A stretch of DNA of 64,000 nt from an uncultured Verrucomicrobiae bacterium. Lineage in GTDB: Bacteria; Verrucomicrobiota; Verrucomicrobiia; Chthoniobacterales; JAFAMB01. The stretch lies in NCBI GenBank assembly GCA_963762565.1, contig CAVXLD010000007.1, positions 192,001 to 256,000 of the forward strand, given 5' to 3'. The notes below the pieces were generated by a model. It made no database searches, was not told where the DNA came from, and saw only the letters and a list, made by a program, of their open reading frames with translations. Made by a program: the position numbers and the translations under genes. This document shows positions 57,320 through 64,000 of this stretch, piece by piece (position 1 is the stretch's first letter; each line of letters opens with the position of its first letter).

Positions 57320-58627
57320 ATGCATGATGCATCGAAAAATCCGACTCGGAAGGGGTTGTTTGCGCCAACCAACGTGGTCCTTTTCCTGTTATGTTTGATG
57401 TATCTCCTAACCTATATCGACCGGGTAAATGTTAGTACCGCGTCGAATGTATTCGAAAAGGAGCTCAACCTAAACAAGACCGAGGTCGGCTTCATTTTTT
57501 CGGCCTTTGCCTATCCTTACCTGATCTTTCAGATCTTTGGAGGTTACTTGGGTGACCGTTTTGGTCCGCGAAAGGTGTTGACTATTTGCTCGCTCATCTG
57601 GGCCTTAGCAACAATCTTAACCGGTCTGGTAAACGGTTTTATGGCGATGGTGTTTGCTCGGCTATTGCTGGGTTTCGGTGAGGGAGCGACCTTTCCCACG
57701 GCGACTTCTGCCATGGCCAAATGGACACGTCCGATGGATCGCGGCTTTGCCCAAGGTCTAACTCATTCCTTCTCCCGAGTCGGCAACTCGTTGACACCGC
57801 CCATGGTGGTCGCTCTCATGGCGGTTACGGGTTGGCGTGGTTCCTTCATTATCCTGGGCATCGCCAGTTGTGTCTGGGTTGTCTTTTGGTTCTTCCTATT
57901 TCGCGATAACCCGGCAGATCACCCCAGAATTAGCGAAACTGAGTTGTCCGAGCTACCCCCTTACGTGAACAGCTCGACTAAACTTAGTAGAGTGCCATGG
58001 AAGCCGCTGATCTTGCGGATGTTGCCGGTCACCTTTGTTTACTTCTGTTACGGGTGGACCCTATGGCTCTATCTGAGCTGGCTGCCACAGTATTTTAAGA
58101 ACAAATATTCTCTGGACTTGAAGGATTCGGCGTTGTTTGCGACGGCTGTCTTTTTTGCCGGAGTCATCGGAGACGCGCTAGGCGGAATACTGACTGACTT
58201 TATATTGCGCAAGACTCGAGACCTGCAGATGGCGCGCCGGAACCTAGTCGTCATCTGTTTTCTCTGTTCGCTGGTCTGCATGATTCCGCTATTCCTGCCT
58301 ACGAATCTAACAATTCTATCGCTTTGTCTGGCTGCCGCCTTTTTCTTTGCGGAAATGACCATTGGACCGATGTGGGCGATACCGATGGATATCGCTCCGC
58401 GCTATTCAGGTTCTGCCAGCGGGATTATGAACTGCGGCTCAGCGCTGGCTGCGATTCTTTCTCCGGTAACCTTCGGGTATATTATCGATCAAACCCACAA
58501 TTGGACTCTGCCGTTTGTCGGCTCGATGGCTCTGTTCGCGCTGGGTTCGATTGTTGCTTTCTGGATGAAACCTGATGAGGCTCTTTGGCTCCGGATCCCG
58601 ACGCCCAGTGCGGGGAGTCGAACGTGA
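57320..58627 (+). CDS. MFS transporter (ACS/sugar-acid type)
   Basis: YIDRVN, GDRFGPRK, GFGEGATFP and WLPQY motifs. Confidence 0.9.
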   Translation: MHDASKNPTRKGLFAPTNVVLFLLCLMYLLTYIDRVNVSTASNVFEKELNLNKTEVGFIFSAFAYPYLIFQIFGGYLGDRFGPRKVLTICSLIWALATILTGLVNGFMAMVFARLLLGFGEGATFPTATSAMAKWTRPMDRGFAQGLTHSFSRVGNSLTPPMVVALMAVTGWRGSFIILGIASCVWVVFWFFLFRDNPADHPRISETELSELPPYVNSSTKLSRVPWKPLILRMLPVTFVYFCYGWTLWLYLSWLPQYFKNKYSLDLKDSALFATAVFFAGVIGDALGGILTDFILRKTRDLQMARRNLVVICFLCSLVCMIPLFLPTNLTILSLCLAAAFFFAEMTIGPMWAIPMDIAPRYSGSASGIMNCGSALAAILSPVTFGYIIDQTHNWTLPFVGSMALFALGSIVAFWMKPDEALWLRIPTPSAGSRT

Positions 58628-58710
58628 GAAGTGATTGGTGATTGGTGGGGCGGCGCGCTTCGTTCTTGCCCCGGGGTTCGGATACCTAACGGGCTCGCGG
58701 AGTGCAAATC

Positions 58711-58832
58711 GGGGAGGACGCGCGTCCCCGCGCGCCGCGAGGACGTGTGCAACCCCAAGGGTGTATTTTCGTCCGCGGTCATACACGTCCTCGGCTTCGG
58801 TAACGACGGATCGCGAGGACGCGATCCCTCCC
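58711..58832. repeat. Family C palindromic element
   Basis: GGGAGGACGCGCGTCCCCGCGCGCCG ... CGGATCGCGAGGACGCGATCCCTCCC. Confidence 0.75.
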
Positions 58833-58889
58833 TGCGAGGGGCCTGCATCAATCCGATCACGAAGCCCCTCGTTCACCTCTTGATTTGAC

Positions 58890-58905
58890 GGGCACCGGCA
58901 TTGCG
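58890..58905 (+). promoter_or_regulatory. Possible sigma54 promoter
   Basis: GGGCAC-CGGCA-TTGCG with GG-N10-GC spacing, 35 nt upstream of the ATG. Confidence 0.45.
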
Positions 58906-58940
58906 AGAAATCTAGTTCTGGATCCCTGCCACTGGTTTAA

Positions 58941-61900
58941 ATGGATACTGTCACTCTTTCAGATCACAAGGACGGTGAGCTGCCGCCAAGCTCGCATGCG
59001 GTCAAGATCGATAGCTTTCCTAACGCGGTCGAGCTCCAGAATGAGTTGCGAGAGGTAGTAAAAGGCGAGGTCAGATTCGATGCGGGCTCGCGCGGCGCTT
59101 ACTCTATGGACGCTTCGAATTATCGGCAGGTTCCCATCGGCCTCGTAATTCCTGTCGACGAAGCGGATGTCATTGCTGCCGTCGCCGTCTGTCGAAAATT
59201 TGGAGCACCGGTACTCTCGCGAGGCGGCGGTACGAGTCTAGCCGGTCAAGGCTGTAATGCTGCAGTCGTTTTCGATTTTTCAAAATACCTGAATCGGATC
59301 CTCGAGCTTAATCCGGGACAACGGTTTGCCCGGGTCCAGCCAGGTCTGGTTTTGGATACTTTGCGCGACGCAGCGGAAGAGCATGGGCTTACGTTTGCTC
59401 CTGATCCGTCGACCCATAATCGGTGTACCCTCGGCGGGATGATCGGTAACAACTCGTCAGGGACCCATTCCCTGATGGGTGGCAAAGTGCAGGAGAATAT
59501 AGAGGAGATGCGGGTCCTGCTTTACGATGGGACTATCCTGACCGTTGGCCCAACGGCAGCTCCTGAGCTAAATGAGATTGTTCTGGAGGATGGCCGGCGT
59601 GGACAGATCTACTCCGGGTTAATGCGGCTGCGAGATGAGTACGGGGATTTGGTTCGTGAACGGTTTGCCAAGATCCCGCGCCGGGTCTCCGGGTACAATC
59701 TTGATGAGCTGTTGCGGGGCACACCATTTAACGTTGCCCGAGCCCTAGTCGGTAGTGAAGGCACCTGCGTCATCGTTCTCGAGGCGAAGGTTAGGCTAGT
59801 GCATAGTCCCCGGTACAAGTCGTTAGTTTGCCTTGGTTTCAAAGACATTTTCATCGCGGCGGACCTAGTGCCTGACCTACTTGCTTTCAATCCGATCGCC
59901 CTGGAAGGCTTTGAAGGTGACGTCCTGGCAGTGATGCTCCAGAAAAACATGCAACCGGAGAATATCGCGCTGCTGCCTCCGGGGAACGGCTATTTGTTGG
60001 CGGAATTCGGCGGGGACACACCGGCGGATGCGGATGCGGCCGCAGATAAGTTGGTGGGCTGGCTTCGCGACCGGCTGGACCCGCCCGTCATCAAGGTGAT
60101 CCGGGATCCGGAGGAAGTGAAACGAATCTGGAAGGTGCGAGAATCTAGCAATGGCGGCACCACGATTATTCCAGGGCAGCATTCGATCACTCATGAAGGC
60201 TGGGAAGATGCGGCCGTGCATCCGCGTGTGCTTGGTTCCTATCTTCGCGATTACAAATCGCTGCTCGCTAAATACGGCTACAAAGGCTGGTATTATGGCC
60301 ACTTTGGCGAGGGTTGCGTCCATCAACGAGTGACCTTCGATCTCGAGACCGATCAGGGTGTCCGTCGTTTTCGGAAATTTCTGGAGGAAGCCGCTGATCT
60401 AGTTGGCAGCTATGGCGGCACGATTTCCGGCGAGCACGGTGATGGACACGCACGGGCGTTTCTTTACGAAAAAATGTTCGGTCCCGAGCTAGTAGAAGGC
60501 TTCCGCGGATTCAAGCGGCTCTTTGACCCGGATAATAAGTTGAATCCAGGCAAAGTCATTGATTCATACCCGCCGGAAGCGTTTTTGAAACTCGGCGCCG
60601 ATTATAATCCGGCGCAGCTAGAAACTCATTTTCGATTTCCGGATGATCAAGGCTCGATGGAGAAGGCGACCCAACGGTGTGTTGGGGTTGGCGCCTGTCG
60701 CAAGACCGATGCCGGAACCATGTGCCCGAGTTATCAAGTGACTCGGGAAGAGATCCACAGCACCCGTGGACGCGCGCATCTGCTTTTCGAGATGCTCCAA
60801 GGCGAGTTGCTGCAAGGTGGGTGGCATGACGAACGAGTCAAAGAGTCGATGGACCTCTGTCTCGCCTGCAAAGGTTGCAAGAGCGAGTGCCCTACGAACG
60901 TCGATATAGCTACTTATAAATCCGAATTCCTCTCTCACTATTACGAAGGTAGACCGCGTCCACTGAATCATTACGCTTTTGGATTTATAGATCAATGGGC
61001 GCGACTCGCGTCGCAAGCGCCCAAGCTAGTGAATCGACTGAACGCTTCGGTTGGGCTAAATCGAATCGTCAAGTCCGCGCTGCATCTGGCCGAAGAACGC
61101 AGTGTCCCGAAGTTCGCCGAGGAAACGTTTGTGAGTTGGGTGCGAAGAAAGGCTAGCGGCGCCGTGGAGCGCTGCCTCGCTTGCGAGGCCGATCGGTCGG
61201 AAACGCGAAGCGCCAACGGCAGTGGCGCTAAGCGCAGAGTGGTTCTGTTCGCCGATACGTTTAACAATTATTTTCGTTCGGATATCGCCCGCGCAGCTTG
61301 GGAGGTGTTGAATGATGCCGGGTTCGCTATCGAAGTGCCGCAGGCGCGGCAACATCTTTGTTGCGGACGTCCGCTTTACGATTTCGGATTGCTCAAGTCG
61401 GCGAAAAAGTATTTGGAACGAGTCCTTAACGCACTCGAGCCAGCGGTAAATGCCGGTCTCCCAGTGATCATGCTGGAACCAAGCTGTGCGAGTGTGTTTC
61501 GAGATGAATTGAGAGGCCTTTTTCCGCACCACTGCGTTGCCCACCGTTTGAGGCAACAGACCTTTACCTTGAGCAGCTTTTTACAAACTGGAGCGCAGGG
61601 TTATGAACCGCCAAAATTGCCCGGTAAGAAGGTCTTGTTACATGGGCATTGCCATCACCGCGCCGTGCTGCCCTTCAGTCACGAGGAAGCTTTGATCAAA
61701 CGGATGGGAGTCGAGTTGAAATCGTTAGACAGCGGATGTTGTGGCATGGCCGGCCCGTTTGGGTTCGAGGAAAGCAAATTCAAGATTTCCCAAGCCCTCG
61801 GTGAACGTGTTCTATTGCCTGCAGTGCGAGCCGCGGATCCTGATACTCTGGTCGTGACCGATGGGTTTAGTTGTCGCGAACAGGTCGAGCAGAATACCGG

Positions 61901-61952
61901 CCGCCGACCGCTGCATGTGGCGGAGCTGCTGAGGTTAGCCCAGCGCGGGTAG
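58941..61952 (+). CDS. FAD-binding and Fe-S-binding oxidoreductase (YdiJ/GlcD-GlcF fusion type)
   Basis: RGGGTSLAGQ, GSEGT, SGEHGDG, CVGVGAC, CLACKGCKSECP and two CCG motifs. Confidence 0.92.
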   Translation: MDTVTLSDHKDGELPPSSHAVKIDSFPNAVELQNELREVVKGEVRFDAGSRGAYSMDASNYRQVPIGLVIPVDEADVIAAVAVCRKFGAPVLSRGGGTSLAGQGCNAAVVFDFSKYLNRILELNPGQRFARVQPGLVLDTLRDAAEEHGLTFAPDPSTHNRCTLGGMIGNNSSGTHSLMGGKVQENIEEMRVLLYDGTILTVGPTAAPELNEIVLEDGRRGQIYSGLMRLRDEYGDLVRERFAKIPRRVSGYNLDELLRGTPFNVARALVGSEGTCVIVLEAKVRLVHSPRYKSLVCLGFKDIFIAADLVPDLLAFNPIALEGFEGDVLAVMLQKNMQPENIALLPPGNGYLLAEFGGDTPADADAAADKLVGWLRDRLDPPVIKVIRDPEEVKRIWKVRESSNGGTTIIPGQHSITHEGWEDAAVHPRVLGSYLRDYKSLLAKYGYKGWYYGHFGEGCVHQRVTFDLETDQGVRRFRKFLEEAADLVGSYGGTISGEHGDGHARAFLYEKMFGPELVEGFRGFKRLFDPDNKLNPGKVIDSYPPEAFLKLGADYNPAQLETHFRFPDDQGSMEKATQRCVGVGACRKTDAGTMCPSYQVTREEIHSTRGRAHLLFEMLQGELLQGGWHDERVKESMDLCLACKGCKSECPTNVDIATYKSEFLSHYYEGRPRPLNHYAFGFIDQWARLASQAPKLVNRLNASVGLNRIVKSALHLAEERSVPKFAEETFVSWVRRKASGAVERCLACEADRSETRSANGSGAKRRVVLFADTFNNYFRSDIARAAWEVLNDAGFAIEVPQARQHLCCGRPLYDFGLLKSAKKYLERVLNALEPAVNAGLPVIMLEPSCASVFRDELRGLFPHHCVAHRLRQQTFTLSSFLQTGAQGYEPPKLPGKKVLLHGHCHHRAVLPFSHEEALIKRMGVELKSLDSGCCGMAGPFGFEESKFKISQALGERVLLPAVRAADPDTLVVTDGFSCREQVEQNTGRRPLHVAELLRLAQRG

Positions 61953-61956
61953 GCGA

Positions 61957-62443
61957 CCGTGGAGCGTTGCCTCGCTTGCGAGGCCGAAGCGGTCGGCAAC
62001 CGTGGAGCGTGCCTCGCTTGCGAGGCCGTGGTAAGCGAAGCGAGATCGTGAGGCAAAATCTGGCATGTGTCTGCGCTCTATGACGTGTGCTGACTTCGTT
62101 GGGTCTGCGTCCTGTAGGACCGAGACTGCTTAAATTTCCGACAGTCAAGAGCGCCGGTGGACGAGAAGCATGCCATATCGTTATTTTCGCTTACCACGGC
62201 CTCGCAAGCGAGGCACGCTCCATGGTGCCGACCGCTTACGGCCTCGCAAGCGAGGCACGCTCCATGGTGCCGACCGCTTACGGCCTCGCAAGCGAGGCAC
62301 GCTCCATGGTGCCGACCGCTACGGCCTCGCAAGCGAGGCACGCTCCACGGTGCCGACCGCTACGGCCTCGCAAGCGAGGCACGCTCCACGGTGCCGACCG
62401 CTACGGCCTCGCAAGCGAGGCACGCTCCACGGTGCCGACCGCT
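61957..62443. repeat. Family A cluster: 2 inverted copies plus 6 tandem 41-42-bp copies
   Basis: Tandem units start at 62196, 62238, 62280, 62321, 62362 and 62403; inverted copies start at 61957 and 62000. Confidence 0.92.
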
Positions 62444-62554
62444 ACAACAATTCTGCCGCCCTTTCAGGGCGGGGGCTTTTAAAAATCGCCACCAGGGCCG
62501 AAAGTCTTTCGGCCCTGGCTTAGTCCTTTAGTCCCTTCGGGACAATAACGTCAG

Positions 62555-63439
62555 TCAAAGACTCACTCCGAAAACGGCGGCTAGTTTGGTCACGAATGGG
62601 CGGAGATGATCCGGACAGGCTGCACGCCATTGCGCAAAACGTTCCGTGAGCGGTTCGCCGCCATTGGTTGGACCGCGGTTGAGGAACGTCACTGATTCCC
62701 ATCCAGCTGGTTCTGCCTCGAAAATGGGCAGGAGCTGGGTCGCGATGATGGTATTCCAATCACGATGACCGGCGTTTTTACGCAGGGCGGGTTGATGCTG
62801 GCGAAACCAGGCTGAGAACGACGTGCCAGCCGGTAGCCGATATCCCGGCAGTTCGAGCCGTTGCTTTGCGTAATCGGCAAGCCAGGAAGCGTACCCCCGG
62901 AGAGCGGGGGAGGGAGGGTTAATTTTCCAAGTAGAACTCATTGCCCGCAAAGCGAAGAGGGATGCTGTTTCACACAGACTTTCTTCGAGCCACAAGTTAG
63001 GGTTTGGCGTATCAGGTATGGTTTGTTGGGAGCTATTGGCATAGTTAGCTAGTGCGTGGCAAAACTCGTGCGCAAACTGAAAACTGTACTGCGCCCAGTG
63101 TGTGTCGCGGGCGGACAGCGCCATGGCGATGCGGCCGCCAGGCGTGCGCTTGGAGTCAATCTCAGGATGATCAGATCGATAATAAACGTCGATGCCGTCG
63201 AGATGGGTGTGCGGACAGTAGCGGAATAGTTCTGTAGCGGCGGAACGGAGTACGACAGCGATGTCGGCCGGGGTCGCGTTACCGAACGCGCTGGCTTGCA
63301 CCCGGATGTCGGGGAGCTGTTTTGGGGCGAGGACGTTTATCGTCGCTGCCGGAGTCCATGCGCAATACTCCAAAACTCCAGTGCTCCAACACTCCGCGGC
63401 ACCGAAGTCGAGGACGAGGACGAGGACGAGGCCCTTCAC
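62555..63439 (-). CDS. Hypothetical protein with HExxH zincin-like motif
   Basis: YSFQFAHEFCH ... WLEESLCETASL; N-terminal start uncertain because it overlaps a repeat. Confidence 0.65.
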   Translation of the reverse strand: MKGLVLVLVLDFGAAECWSTGVLEYCAWTPAATINVLAPKQLPDIRVQASAFGNATPADIAVVLRSAATELFRYCPHTHLDGIDVYYRSDHPEIDSKRTPGGRIAMALSARDTHWAQYSFQFAHEFCHALANYANSSQQTIPDTPNPNLWLEESLCETASLFALRAMSSTWKINPPSPALRGYASWLADYAKQRLELPGYRLPAGTSFSAWFRQHQPALRKNAGHRDWNTIIATQLLPIFEAEPAGWESVTFLNRGPTNGGEPLTERFAQWRAACPDHLRPFVTKLAAVFGVSL

Positions 63440-63453
63440 GAGCGCGTCCGACT

Positions 63454-63999
63454 CTAAAACGTGAATCGGACACCGGCGGACACGCTCTGGGAATCGTAGT
63501 TAGTGCGGGCCAGTTCGCCGTCGTAGTAAATATAGGTGGAAATGCGATCGTTCCACAGGACGGCCACGCCGGCGCCGACCAGTAAACTGTCACGGCCGAT
63601 CGGCGGCCCATTCACGCTGAAACTACTCCCTGCTCCGTTGGCGAAGCTAGCAACAATCGAGTAGGTGCTGTCACCGAATTCGTGCTGCCAGGAAAGACGA
63701 AGCTCCGGTCGGATAAGGACGCCGCCAATCTTCCAATCGTAGGAAGCTTTGATTCCTAGGGCGAGACGATCGGAGTCAACGCTTTGATCGCCAAATTTTA
63801 AGGGCGCCAGAGAACCGGTTTCGGTGAAACCGTCTAAACTGACGTAAGTATATTGAAAGCTCGCAGTAGGGCCGATGGTCAGAGGGCCTGTTGTCCAGTC
63901 ATAGCCTCCGGCCACGAGTACATTCACGGTCCCGCTACTGGTACTGCCGTTAGCTGTACCCATTAGAGCAGTCCGATGGGTTTCGTAGTCGCTCGCGCC
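63454..63999 (-). CDS. Autotransporter outer membrane beta-barrel (5'-partial)
   Basis: GGYDW, FTETGS, SWQHEF and terminal AGVRFTF; frame is open to the window edge. Confidence 0.9.
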   Translation of the reverse strand, partial: GASDYETHRTALMGTANGSTSSGTVNVLVAGGYDWTTGPLTIGPTASFQYTYVSLDGFTETGSLAPLKFGDQSVDSDRLALGIKASYDWKIGGVLIRPELRLSWQHEFGDSTYSIVASFANGAGSSFSVNGPPIGRDSLLVGAGVAVLWNDRISTYIYYDGELARTNYDSQSVSAGVRFTF

Positions 64000-64000
64000 G

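Noticed and set aside
62196..62443. CRISPR array
   Set aside because: There are no unique spacers (linkers are near-identical), no cas genes, and the same unit is dispersed as a REP elsewhere in the window.
62078..62531. Repetitive-peptide ORFs
   Set aside because: They are readings of the tandem REP array in several frames.
1..64000. rRNA, tRNA, prophage, integrase, transposase or defence genes
   Set aside because: None was recognised by motif or structure in this window.

Overview
Bacterial chromosomal window, most likely Verrucomicrobiota (Chthoniobacterales-like; inferred from DUF5069, the style of the T2SS cluster and the repeat content). Gene order: TPR protein, maf, DUF4412, ArnT-like GT and PAP2; prfB with its programmed +1 frameshift; a Gly/Trp-rich RiPP precursor plus GrrM/OscB-type radical SAM/SPASM maturase; nirA with a formate/nitrite transporter behind a sigma54-type promoter; a large uncharacterised sugar/sugar-acid catabolic region (FGGY kinase, cupin PGI, eda, shikimate-DH-like, 2-hydroxyacid DH, UlaG-like MBL hydrolase, HexR, GH4 melA, ABC transporter, AraC, SDR, idnD/idnO); hutHUIF (hutF frameshifted, no hutG, followed by an ArgE-like M20 enzyme); a T2SS gspG-H-I-J-K-L-M-(C)-D cluster; amidohydrolase, MFS, FAD/Fe-S oxidoreductase, a HExxH protein and a partial autotransporter. 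Most intergenic spacers hold a REP/REPIN/MITE-like palindromic element or heptamer repeats from several families. One family keeps a nearly fixed ~70-nt spacing between two conserved motifs, and several elements sit in frame inside proteins, notably in pseudopilin leaders. No rRNA, tRNA, CRISPR array or transposase was recognised. All calls come from reading the sequence and recalling protein families; no database search was run.
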